DNA of 64,000 nt, taken from positions 334,003 through 398,002 of the forward strand of contig RHPI01000773.1 in NCBI GenBank assembly GCA_009103225.1, given 5' to 3'. How positions within the stretch are numbered: position 1 is the first letter of the stretch; every line of letters starts with the position of its first letter. A model generated the notes under the pieces. The model was not told where the DNA came from. It ran no database searches and worked only from the letters and a program-made list of their open reading frames with translations. The DNA comes from Chlorokybus atmophyticus (Eukaryota > Plantae > Mesostigma and Chlorokybus algae). Shown here piece by piece: positions 12,780 to 25,053 of the stretch. A program made the translations under genes and the position numbers.

Positions 12780-14560
12780 ACTTACCGCACTCACCTGTGT
12801 AGGTTAATGCCACATGTTGGCTACGAACACGTAGAGCCTTTGGTAGGACACGTTGTAGGCCATCCCTTCCATACGATACATCTTTGCTCGCAACTTCCCC
12901 AAAAGTTGATGCATGTGATAGCCATTGAGCTGCATGTCTCTGAGTAGCTGCACTATTTCACATAGAAAGTGCTCTCGCAAAGGGCATATGCGAACGAACC
13001 TCACACATTGTGACACTACCACTCCCAACTTTGCGGACTAAGATATGTGGATGTCCGGGTGTGGTGCCCTTCGGCGTGGTAAGTACCTGAAGGGTGCAGT
13101 GTTTAGTTTAGCATACACGCAAGTGCACACTTTAAGAGCAGGTGTCTGAAAAATCATCAGGTCTCGCATGGGATGGTTTCCCCCTGTGCTGTCCGAGCCA
13201 GGGTGAGCATATGCCGTGGATATATGCCTCCTTTAGGAGCGGCTGGGTCTAGGTACATGCATGCTGCAAACTCTGACAAGTCGACCATCAAGAGGTCATC
13301 CACGTAGCGCAGCACATGCTTGGCGAACCTGAGCGCCAGTGGTTTCTACCCGGCGGCTGCGAGCCTGGTCACGAAGTCTAGCTCATGGTCAGCAAATCAT
13401 AGCTGGCAATGTAGACACCTGCCACGCAGTGCGCGGTTCACCATCCGGGTCCCAAGAACACGCTGATGCAATTAATCTTGTGCAGTTTGCACAAACAGGT
13501 TGGTGAGTTTGAATTGCAGCATGTTATGCAAGTATAATGCTGGAAATACTTTGGTTTGCCCTTCCCTCGTAACTGCAGACCCCCTCACCCATGTGTGTGT
13601 CATCACTCCTGTTTGCACGTTTACATGCAGTGTGTCTTGCGGTGCTTGCGCAGCACACAGGCAAAAACCTTATCCACTAGGGCTTGCATGCGTTGCAGCA
13701 AGTTCTGGTGGACAAGGTTGGTGTAAAGAGTAGTGAACCAGAAGATTGCAACCACAATTTCTCACACTTATCGACGATGGTACGGGAAGTGTTGAAGTGT
13801 TGCTGTAGTTGGTAGCCTCTTGAAGCCCGGCTTTTAAAGCCTGGGCCGGCTGAATCCTGCATGATCCACTAGAGAACTGGCAGTTCTGCAGCGGCTCATG
13901 CAAAGCCTCCCTCCACAAGCAGTCCACGATGTCTGTCATGGCTTTATATGAACAAATAATCCATAAGGAAGCATTAGTTAAGGTGGTGTCCAATGCGGCA
14001 TCGATAATTCTTGGCTTATGTGGTCCCTTGTGCAGTTTTACAGACATACAAAAGTATGGTAAGCGTGGTGGCACTCTCTGTGTGTTATGGAGGAATCTTG
14101 CTGGTTGTTGAACGTGCGGTGGGCGAGCATGATGTCCTCCACCGGTGCGTGTACCTGCTGATATGTTGCTGTTGGCAGCTCAGCACGCAACAACTGTGAG
14201 TAATAGGCCTTACACATCAAAGCTAAGGTGCCACCACACTTACCCACATGCGTAATGACCATGCAAGCTTGCAAGTCTTTCAAGACATTGCAATCAGAAT
14301 TAGTCATGGCGCAAGGCACAGCATTGGCAGTCATGTTCAAATTGGCAGTGGCTGTAATTGCATAAACCTCACCCATTACCGCTTCCACCCATGGCTGCAT
14401 CATTCCTGGTTGATGCTGATGGGTCTCAATGCATGCATGTTCAACAAGGATGGGCGGTAGTGGTAGCGCCGTTGTGTGATTGTGGGTGGCCCGGTATTGT
14501 TTGTATACAAACTTGTATACCAAAGACGTAGTGTGCATGTTGATGTTGGTGTGCATGTTG
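12780..14560 (-). pseudogene. Decayed Penelope-like (Naiad/Chlamys-like) reverse transcriptase remnant
   Basis: Minus-strand motifs in PLE order across several frames: VITHVGKCGGTLALMCKAYYSQLLRAEL, LPYFCMSVKLHKGPHKPRII, FTTLYTNLVHQNLLQRMQALVDKVF, LRYVDDLL (YVDD at 13306-13295), GGIYP, GVVVSQCVRFVRIC...LLRDMQLNGY. Stops and frameshifts are present. Confidence 0.8.
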
Positions 14561-14687
14561 CATATTTATGCGTGTGCCATACAGCACTTCACATATCGTG
14601 TACACTTGTCTTGTTGCATGTGAGCGACGTGATTGTGGTAGGAGGGTGTGCATGATATTGTAAGCGTGGATTCTGTTGTGCCAATGG

Positions 14688-14795
14688 TAGCTTACTTATC
14701 ACCCATCTGCTGATGATGTGTCGGCTCTACAATGTTAAACTATAGTAGCTTACTTATCACCCATCAAATGATGATGTGTCGGCTCTACACTGTTA
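14688..14795 (+). repeat. 58-bp tandem repeat, about 2 copies
   Basis: TAGCTTACTTATCACCCATC...TGATGATGTGTCGGCTCTACA starts at 14688 and 14746, directly upstream of the PLE remnant. Confidence 0.85.
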
Positions 14796-15419
14796 TATTT
14801 TGTGCTTGCACACGACATTGCCTTTAAACAGCATTAAAGCAATTGAAGCATCACAACCAAGAGGCCTGCTCAAAGGCTGAGTATGTAGTAATAAATTATC
14901 GACTTTAACTTAATCAAGACTTTTTTTTGTTAACAATATGTTGTTACGAGTAAACTAGTAGAATACTTGATGTGCGTTTACGTATGCGTGGTGTGTGTGT
15001 TTATGCGGTTGATGTTTTTCGTGCTGCGCGCATGCAGTACTTGCATGTGCGCATGTGTGTGGTTGAACATGATGTGTTAGCGCTGTGCGTGCGCGCATGC
15101 GTGCAGTATAGCATATTCGTTGGTGTATGAGTATGTGTGTGGGTGCGCGCGTGTGCACGCGCATGCGTTGAGTTAGACTGCGTGCGCGCCTTGGTGCGAG
15201 CGCGCCGTATGTTTGCATGCAATATATATGTGTGACACGTGATGTGTTGTGTGATGTAAGCATCTTTATTGTTGCCATTTATGTGTGCGGGAGTGTGCGC
15301 GCGCGCGTTATTTGATGTTTTTGATATATGCGCGCGTGTTAATGCGTTAAGGTATGTGCGTATGTTGCATTGGCGTTACACTAATCATTCCATTTTACGT
15401 ATGTATTACATTTACCGAG

Positions 15420-15619
<200 letters not shown>

Positions 15620-16514
15620 TCGTTACAAAAGATTACGAGTAATGAGTAATTGAAGGCTGATGCAAGGCTTACAAGCCCTCATTGTAATTAGTAAAGCACG
15701 CGTAATCATGCTTGCAATTGAAAAGATGGCATGATATACATTATACATGTAACGTTTATGTTACACAATACAAGTAACTATTGCAAGCATTTGCATTGAC
15801 GATGAAAAGAACACAATTCGCATTAATACAATTGACTTGCACCAGTCAAAGTATATTCAAGTGCTCATTGATGTTGACAATGACAGCCATTATGCTGCAT
15901 GCTACTGTGGTGTACAGTGTGCATTTGTGCCAATCGTACTATCTATCGGCGAAGGGAGGGAATAAGGCATTTCCCACTTCCCATTATGGTAAGGCACATG
16001 CTATCCGGGACACTACATTGCCATATGCGGCAACACGCAGCAACTCGCGTTGCCCGTAACAGTCGCTGTAACCCAGATGACACCTCAAGGGCTCGCGCTG
16101 TCAGTACCAAATCTTGTCGTCTGACACCACCATCTCATGAGCCCATAAACGACCAATTCTCCCACCACAGCCTGTGGTCCACAGGACCTGTTTCACTCAC
16201 TGTGTCGTTCAGGCGTTCATGATCACTTTGCGACTGCTGGTTTACGGCTGACGCTGCCGCTGACGTTGGCGAGATACGTACCCCGTGGCACGCCACTTTC
16301 TTCTCGGATCTTCCCACGCGCATCCGTTACACCTGCCCGCACAAACCAACAAATTGACAAATGGCCGCGTGCTTGTCAGTTAGGGAGTGCTTAAGGCTTT
16401 GCTTGTAATACGATTCGCTCTATCAGAGGCGGCGGCAGTGTTGGCGGCGGCGGCGAGGGTGTCTGTGTGCTCGTTGGAGAGGGTAGCTGATCAGAGTCTG
16501 GTTTGCTGTCTGCT

Positions 16515-17347
16515 ATGGCGGTGTTGTCTCCCGTGGCGACACTTGCGGCGCCGGCGTTGCTCCGGCCATGCATGCGAGCTTCACCGCCTGCGGAGACCAG
16601 CAGACCGCCGGTGAGTGACTGTATTTGTGTGATGTGCAATTGGGTGTGAAATTGGATGCGTGCTGAGTTGAATAGGCGGACTGATTAAGCTGTAAGCTAC
16701 GTGTTGGTTGAGGCAGGGCTTCCTTGCATACATGTGTGCCAGTGCTACTTGTGGGTTTGCTCGCATGCTCGCATATTGTTATCTGCAGCAGAATGCATAG
16801 GAGTATTCATGCCAGAAGCTGTACCACACTCAACTTCATATTATGGTTCTCCTCCATTCATGTTCGTCAGCTGGTTGCACCAGTTGGCCCAGTTCGCACA
16901 GGCTGGCTTTCCAACGCATGCATAATATCCATGGCAGTATGTGGCTACTGTATGTAACAGGACATTGTGTGCCCCCCCAGCCCCCCCCCCCCAGAGAGGT
17001 CATTGCACGATGCACTGTGCGTTTTGACAGCTGCCGTCAAGGATGCGCGCATCCTGTGGGGTGGAGGATGGCCAGGTTTGGACTTCTTCTTGTGTTTTGT
17101 ATGTATGCCGTGCTCACTGCTGCAGAAAACCATTTTTTACTTTTGTCACTGCCTGTATTACACACTTGCACCGCTGAGCATGCATCTCTACTGGCTACAT
17201 GGCAGAAATGCTTATGGCTCNNNNNNNNNNNNNNNNNNNNNNNNNNNNNNNNNNNNNNNNNNNNNNNNNNNNNNNNNNNNNNNNNNNNNNNNNNNNNNNN
17301 NNNNNNNNNNNNNNNNNNNNNNNNNNNNNNNNNNNNNNNNNNNNCCA

Positions 17348-17380
<33 letters not shown>

Positions 17381-17884
17381 ACAAAAAAAATAAGATAAAA
17401 CAAAATGTAACACATGGTTCTCAGGCCTTGCACCCCCCATGCGCAGCTATAGTCAGCACGGACTTATGGCGATTTGCTTCTCCGTATTTTGCAGGTTGGT
17501 AGCGATGAGCCCGGCACAGGCAGGAGGCAATTTCCTGCACCCGCAACCGACCTTACAGCAGAGAGAGCCATGACAGCGCGGCCAGCCAAAGATGTGGACA
17601 GGATGTTTACACTGTCACCAAACTGGGTGGGCAGTGCACAAGACCCGCAGCAGACACACAGACACAACAACAACAGCAACAGCAACAGCAACAACAGAGT
17701 GTTTTGGCCCTCGGACGATGCCGGATGCGCGGGGCCAGGGTGCGGGAAGAGAGTGAGACCGAGCGCGAATGACGAAAGGAAGTCAGGACGGCAGCCGACA
17801 GGATTTCTGCGTGATCAGGAGCGTGCTGAAGTGCTCACGCGGCTTGCAAATGCCCACAACAAGTATACACACGGAGCCTCGTAG
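16515..17884 (+). CDS. Short orphan protein, tentative (exons 16515-16610 and 17495-17884)
   Basis: ATG after a GGC-rich leader. Exon 1 MAVLSPVATLAAPALLRPCMRASPPAETSRPP|GTGAGT joins in phase 0 to TTGCAG|GTT of ORF 17474..17884. The predicted intron contains an assembly gap, so the model is uncertain. Confidence 0.4.
16992..17220 (+). other. Exact 229-bp copy of CCT2 10801-11029, probable mis-assembly
   Basis: Identical to 10801-11029, including intron sequence. Bounded by a C run on the left and a 123-N gap (17221-17343) on the right. Confidence 0.85.
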
Positions 17885-19299
17885 CAGACTGGCTTGTTGG
17901 TTTGAGAGCAACCTCTGCCTCCCTGCTTCCTCTTGTTGATATGCTCCTAGCCCGGTTTTGCACTGGTTCTGTGTATATGTACATTATACTGGCTCGCTTC
18001 AACTTGTCCTACTGCACAACATGCCACTGGAGAGATTAGTCCTACTGCACATGCAACTGGGTGCATGCTAGTGCTCGCACAACATTGTATTGCATATATT
18101 CTACAAACACAGACATGTGCGTTGTTCAGTGTGCATGTCTTGGTCGTTTGCCATTCACATTCACATGGCACTGGTGCAGGTAACCACGACTGTCGCGCGT
18201 GCATACATGACTAACAGAGGGGCTGAGAGATAGGCGTAGGAGCAGAGTAGGTAGCCCGGTGTCCGTGTATGCAGCGATGAGGTGAGTGTGTTGTGCAAAG
18301 TGTTGCATGCGATTTGGTGTGATCTGAATGGGCATGCCGGTCTCACATGTGCTGTACACATTCTCTGCATCTAGAAACATGTATGAGACCGGTGACACCA
18401 TTAGGTAGCTCTCATGCTAGTTGACAGCGTCTGTGTTGGGCATGTGGTGCGTGCGTGCGTGAACCATTGCATTTCATTGCTTCTGCACTATTCTTGCATA
18501 TGCATGCTTGAGTGTTCACGTGTGCTTGTACTTGTATGCTTGAATGTGGATGCATGCTATGCATTGGAATTACAGTAGCTTACGAATACCAACCATGAGT
18601 GTTAACATCTCTCTCCTTTTATTGTTTGTCATAATGAAATTATGCATTGGCAATCAATTTTTGCTGCCATGGAGTTGCCGGTGAGATTAGTATACCTTGA
18701 AGGCTGCCACATTTGATATGCTCAATGCTAGCGGTCACCAACAGTACCCGCCAACAGTGATGGTTTGTAAGCGGTGCACGTGGCTTTGCGCCTGCTGAGG
18801 TCTGCTCTTGCTATTTGTTGGGCTTCATTAAATGATGCCAAAAATGACGCTTGTGCGTTTGTATGTGTAATGACACAAGTGACTTACTTTACCCACGTTG
18901 AAAAAACTTAACATATCACCCACGGATGACACGGTGACACCTTTATGTACACCGTGACGGTGTACATAAATGAACATCATGTGCATATTGGAGGTCATTG
19001 CCCATGTTTGTACATGTTTTTACGAAGTTGCATATGATAATGCGTTGTATAACTTGAAGCGTGACTTCCGTTGACACTACTTCATAATATAATGCATGCA
19101 TTGTTGCCATCATTTATGGCAAGCATGCTAAATGCATGGGTTGGTGATTGTGTGGTGCAGAACACTTAATTGCGTGAAAGGTTACGTTTTCACGCAACAA
19201 TTGTACAATTGTACAATTAATTCGTCGTTTAAGGCTTTACGCTACTCACTTTAGCGCGGCCAACCACTGTTAAGAAAGCCATAAAGCTAGTGCAAGAAG

Positions 19300-20124
19300 C
19301 ATTATAACTATAAACGCCGGGTGATTTCAATTGTGGTCTCCGACAAAAACCTGGCCGCTAGAATGAAGCGTTTGCAAGATCTTGGTGGATTATAAGCCCA
19401 TATATCCAATGGACTTTGTAGGGAGACTGTTTGATCCAAAAAAGCCCAACCAATTTTACATGCACACATATTGCATGTGATGTGACAATTGCATAACACG
19501 ACACCATTTTAAGGCTCTGCCATGCAGTTTGCACAACCTTAGTCCTTTTTAAGTAAGTGAACGTGTTCAACACATCGAAACCTGCGTTGCACTGACCGTG
19601 CTGCCACCACCACTCCCCTAGCTCTCTTTTAGATACAAATAGTTCCCCCTTTATGGAATTGCTTGGCTTCACAAAAGACTTGCTACATTTCTAGTTGCCG
19701 ACTTTGGCGATATGCAAAAGCGGCACATGTTACCAACATCTACAATGTGTAGTACTCTAATCAATTTGAACAATGCAAGTATCAATGCGTCCGCCAACTA
19801 TGAGATGCTGCAATAACGTTTTTCGCCTCACAAGGCATTACAAATAACTTGCATGTTGAGAGTGATTACTTTCAACACTTTTTTCTTAACGTATTCCGTT
19901 GCTTGTTTCATCACTTCAATTTTCTGTAAGTGCACGGTGCGAGAATATAGGAGGCATTGCATTTACATCGCAGTACGCTTACTTTAAGCAAAACCTTGAA
20001 GCACAGCTTATACTGAGTAAGGTAATGCTTCTTATGTAACATTTTCATATGATTATATACATAGGGACCTACAACAATTGCTGACTTACTATGATAAGTG
20101 TGGACACATTTATGGTTTAATCAT
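19300..20124 (-). pseudogene. 3' part (IQ motifs plus RING-like Cys cluster) of a decayed myosin-like gene
   Basis: Manual minus-strand translation gives ICI*KRARGVVVAARSVQRRFR (IQ-like) and KKD*GCANCMAEP*NGVVLCNCHITCNMCACKIG (RING-like). The frame continues across the CACTA TSD from the 34584-side fragment. Confidence 0.45.
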
Positions 20125-20139
20125 CACCGGTAGAAATGG
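20125..20139 (+). repeat. Left TIR of the CACTA-type element
   Basis: CACCGGTAGAAATGG, preceded by TSD CAT. Confidence 0.92.
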
Positions 20140-20651
20140 CCCCCCAACAGTCTGGCTTGGACCACAACTTGGTTTAAGATCCAACTGTAACTTATTTGGG
20201 TATGTAGTAGCAACTGAGGTACTGATTTCTACCTCTTTTCTTGCCTTAGTCACATCCTAATTTGGAATCCAGCTGCCATTAAGATGACACAGAAGGTGTG
20301 CATTAAATTCGGTATCCGTCTTTTCTTGAACTTAATAATGGCCAAATCCTGCATTAATTGCTGGATAGATCATGCACTCAGAACATTGATCTTAATGCTA
20401 TGCAGTGGTTGTTTACCTTTGCATCCTCAATAATGTTTTCACCTTAGTGGGCACTTTGCAGTGGATCAGGTATCATTATTTGTTATTTCGACTCAGTTGT
20501 TTCGTTCACATCCCTGTCTTTGTGTTTGATCTGATTAGGAGTAAGTTTGTGATCAGCATACACCTTCACATTGTGTGCTGTCTTGATCCGTAAAAACTTT
20601 TAGCCGTAGTCTATTCGAAGCGTTTTATTTGCTTAGATCGCAGTCTTTAAC

Positions 20652-20835
20652 TTTCATGCCAGATCCTGAACAAAGTTTCGGTTGCGGTATGCACGAAGTG
20701 TGGCAGTTGCACACAAACTGAGTCCCAAAGTTTCATGCCAGATCCTAAACAAAGTGTGGGTTGCGGTATGCACAAAGTGTTGCAATTGCACACAAACTGA
20801 GTCCCATAGTTTCAAGCCAGATTTTGAACAAGGTG
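20652..20835 (+). repeat. 79-bp tandem repeat (about 2.3 copies) in the left arm of the CACTA element
   Basis: TTTCA(T/A)GCCAGAT starts at 20652, 20731 and 20810. Confidence 0.88.
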
Positions 20836-20989
20836 TTGTATGCATCTGTTGATAATGCATGGTTGCGTGCGTACATAATGCATGTGGTGACAATGGTAGA
20901 TGATGTGCAATGCTGAAATTCAACTGCGGAATCAACCAGTTCTGGGCTAGCATTTAGCTAACTCAGCATTGCAATCAGCAACAATGCTG

Positions 20990-23420
20990 CTACTGAAAAG
21001 ACTCATGTGGCTAACAATGTGCTAGCCCAACAACCTCCGGACCATGCTCCCTTTTGCATTGCCGTGCTCCCTTTTCCCCCTCCGCAACGCCACTTCCTCG
21101 CTCACCTACCTCTTCCAGTTCTGGCTGCTGCTCTTTTGCTTGCCACCTCCCGCCCTCTTTGCAGCAGTCTTCTTGCTCTCATCTCCAAATCAGGTTGGCA
21201 GGCCAGCGCAATTCATCTCCTTCCTCAACTTCTGCACGTCCACAAAATCACTTCATCACTCCATGCATGGCCCACATTTGCACCAGCAATTAGCTTCAGC
21301 AAGCTCTTACCTTGCATCATTGTCACCAGCTCATCACCACTGCCCTTAAATGGGATTGGCAGACTCGCTGCTGGAGGTGTGTTAACCTTTCCATCTACCA
21401 CGCGCGGCGCTTAAGTGATGATGTGGTGCACCTGCACCACAACATTGCCCTTCACGATGTTGGTGCCCTGAAACTCTGCGTCGGGCTCTACCAGGTTCAC
21501 AGTTGCGTGGGCTACCGGATAGATGCTGTCCTCCACAAACAACCTCACTGACTTCCCGCTATCAAGTAGCTTCCCGTGCCTGTCGACTACCTACAAATGA
21601 AGACTAGCTCGAGTCAGTTTACACCTTTGCACATACCAGCTTGCCAGCGCCCTTTCCTCTTCGCAGTCTTTATTCTCGGCGTCATTGTTGTCTTCTTTGC
21701 TGCTGGCCTCCATGTCGCTCTCGCTGCTTTCTTCGTCTTCACTGCGGTCTTCTTCTTCTTCATCGCAGGAGCTGCCGCTGGCTGCTGAAAACTCTGACTG
21801 CGGATCACACAAGTTGTGTATGTAAGTGCGTGCGCGCGCGCGTGTGGGAGTCAGCAGCTATGCGACATCAGTGCGAGCTCACATCACTGCGCTGACTACT
21901 TCTTGCTTTTCTTTGGAGCCTTGCCCTTCTTCATACGGCCTCTCCTCACTCCTCCTCTTCTTCGTCTTCTTCCTCCTCTCCTCCTCCTCCTGCTGTTGTT
22001 TCTTCTTCCCCTTTGCAGCCTGCTATGGGATGTCAATAATTAGCAGACTACCCAATCACAGTTTCTGTTGACTTATGTTACCTGAGCAGCTTGTGTTCTT
22101 GGTGGCGTAGTTGTAGGGCTCGCCTTGACTGCAGCTGCTGCTCCACCCTGCAGCAACATGTCATCTACTCATCTGTTACGAGCTTGCACAGCCTCGAGCT
22201 TCCCCCAGCTCAACCTGTGCGCCAGTAGCCCCCTGCGACTGGTTGCCTGAGCCTTCACCAGAGTTCCTGCTAGAAGAGGAAGGTGCCGACTTGTTGCTGC
22301 CTTTCTTAGAGTCTCTCTTGCGTTTCTTGCGGGCCTCCTCTGCATCTTGTTTTGTGCACGTCAACTACTAGGTGAGGTATTTGTACCACAAGGAGACATA
22401 CACACACACGCGTGCACTGATTGTTTACTAGCTAAGGCCTTCAAGAGTTGTTCCGCCGCAAATGACTGCAGGTTTAACCGTGCAACAACTTGACAAGCAG
22501 AGCTGCAAAAGAGCTACCACCCTTGTTCGCATGTCTCTTCAGCTCATTGAGGGTCGCCAACATGTTCTTCGTTTTTTCCTTGTATTGCCAATTTTGCTCC
22601 TTCTTCTTTTCGCGATACTCAGGTTCACCCCAATCCTTCGTGGTTTGGCAGAAAATCCTGAACCTACCTCGGACCTGCACCACGACCAGTTACAGGATGA
22701 CCAGTTACATTAACCAATTTCATTTTCCAACCATGCAGTAGTCTGTCAACACCATCTTGCTAGCTGAATTTTACAAAGGTCACTGCGTTGCTGCTTGATG
22801 CACTTACTCACTGACTAAAAGCAACAGAGTGTTACCTTTTTAGTAGGCTCGTTCGGGAGATAGAGCATGAGGATAGCCACTGCAAGTTGGTAGTTGAGTG
22901 GCGGCTGCTTCCGTTTATTCTTCAAACGCAGCCCAACATCTCTTACAATCCGCCTCTTCTCCTGCAAAATGTCTGCTGTCCTTTCTGTAATGGTCGTATG
23001 CCGACCTCGCCATGAGTACTCCATCATTATTTGCAATCAAAAACGAAGTCGTGCTGGTGTGCTTCGGTGCTGAGCATGCAGTGCTTAAATGCTTTAAAAC
23101 ATTGCTGTAGTGCTTTGCATGCTTCTACTACAGTTCTTTGCATGCTTTAGTGCTTTGCATGCTTCAACAAGTGCATGCAAGGCTGCCACAAAAGAAACAC
23201 ACGCCGAAACATTGCCTTTATTGGTTGAAAAGCCAAGCTCATGGTCCTGATTGCAGCAGCTACGTGGTTGTCTGCAGCATGCCAGTTGTCATGCAGCTGC
23301 TGCTCAGAGGGTTCGCATTCGCATTCGCATTGGCCAAAGTGGGGTTCCATAATGTGGATCTGGCTCCAGAGGTTCTCCGGTGGTTCATTGTCCATAGACC
23401 TGCTGGCTTCTCTTGACATT
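20990..23420 (-). pseudogene. CACTA auxiliary (TnpA/Tnp1-like) gene, decayed, divergent from the transposase
   Basis: Fragment YPVAHATVNLVEPDAEFQGTNIVKGNVVVQVHHIIT*...SLPIPFKGSGDELVTMMQG...VGHAWSDEVILW (about 21520-21240) resembles the Tnp1/En/Spm-type C-terminal domain. Further exon-like pieces lie at 22474-22683 and 22815-23036, plus Lys/Glu-rich low-complexity exons. Internal stops are present. Confidence 0.55.
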
Positions 23421-24586
23421 CTTGCTACCCTTCACTAGTGCTCTTTTTAAACCCAAAACCCGCTGCCAACAACCACACCGCCAACAACCTAACCGCACCT
23501 GCCACTGACCCCTAACAGCTACCGCAGCTGAAACCTGAAAGCTCAATTTGCAGCTCGAAGCTACTCCCGCAGCTCCCGCAGACAAACCGTGTGTTGCACC
23601 GTTGGATAGGACGCTCAGCAGCGAGGACTCCAAATGGTGACTGTGCAATTGCTCACGCAGAAGCCGCACAACTCCACTCTCAAGTGCGGTTCACACAACT
23701 TGTGCGGCAGCTAGCACTTGCCGCGTGTCACATATGGCTAAAAGGTGACAGTTGAAGTTTCATTTTGAATTTTTAATGTCCCAACCTTAGTGTGTGAACC
23801 CGCACAAAGGTGGCTAGGTGCATCACCACCAAGGTTTTACTTCTTCAGTAAAACTAAGCGTCGTCAATAAATTGCTTCTGATGTACGCAGGAGACTACGA
23901 GCTGTGGTTGGTTGCAGTGTTAGTCCTCACCCTGCCGGTGGACATCATAAACATGTCAGATGCAACGTTTTTTTGGCTGCTGTCATACCTGGACCCAAGC
24001 AGCCGGCAACCCTACCACCGTATCTTGAACCGATTGTTGACCAACTGCTGAAGTTGTGGTATGGTAGGTGTTTGTTTTGGGGAGGTGGGGGGGATTTGAA
24101 TTCATGCCTTCCTTATGTAGGAATAAAAATGTACGATGCACACAAGGAGGAGTACTTCACGTGCAAGGTCATTCTAGAAATTGTGGTTCACAATTATCCA
24201 GGTGTGTACAATCAATTAACACATGCTGCTATAGCNAATTGTGGTTTACGACTATCCAAGTGTGTACAATCAATTAGCACTTGCTACTATAGCAGTTTAA
24301 CATGTCTTGACCTCTCTTGACCTTAGTACTACTCTGCAGCGCTGTCAAAGGCCGCAATGCAGATGCCTCATGGCTTAAAGAGCGGGTGCGCCAAATGCGT
24401 TATTCGTGGAGTGTACGTACCTGAGCTGAATAAAATGATCTGCGATTATTGACGTTGGTTGCCCCTCGATCATCTTTATCGAATTGATGAGCGCTTTGAT
24501 GATTCGGAAACGCAACTACCTCCAGCACAGCAAACTGCAGAGTCTGTGCTCAGGTGGGTAACTCACCGCTGCCTACGCGTGAATCA

Positions 24587-25011
24587 TGTTGAAGGACTAG
24601 CATGCACATGTAGTTGAGGCAAGCATAGACACACAGAGACAGAGCTACCGCCACCAGAGCATACACAAGTCACATCACACTCATCTATTACAAGTTGTCC
24701 GCTGGTTCTTATACCAGCCAGTTACACACACGTCTACGTTTGCAAGCACTGCGTAAGCTATACTCAGCCTTTTGACGCGCTCTAAGCTGTGTTGTCTTCC
24801 TTACAACCAGAGCTTTCCAACAAGCTCTTACACGCCCAATATGAGTAAGTACACGCGGAGATACGAAGCAGTTAGTAAGGCTCCAGTCTGGAGTCCGGAG
24901 TCTGGTCCGACGATGCCATCTTGCTAAGTCCGGACCTAGTGCTCGTCCTTACGACCTTCTACTCCTGTGTGGAGGGTCGATGCTGATCGTATGTAGGAAT
25001 GACTCTCAACA
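24587..25011 (-). repeat. Copia 3' LTR
   Basis: Direct repeat of 29027-29451. On the minus strand it is preceded by the purine-rich PPT-like GCGTGGGAG (25020-25012). Confidence 0.97.
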
Positions 25012-25053
25012 CTCCCACGCGAGCAGCTTGACCTCCGACGCTTGCTCCTGTAG

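Noticed and set aside
14769-14880. C/D-box snoRNA (ATGATGA...CTGA) or hammerhead ribozyme
   Set aside because: No terminal stem or recognisable antisense element, and the hammerhead GAAA core is missing. These short motifs arise by chance.
16967-17398. Second CCT2 gene or paralog
   Set aside because: Only 229 bp, identical including the intron, and bounded by a C run and an N gap.
20652-20835. CRISPR-like array from the 79-bp and 72-bp repeats
   Set aside because: Whole-unit tandem repeats with no unique spacers, in a eukaryotic transposon arm.
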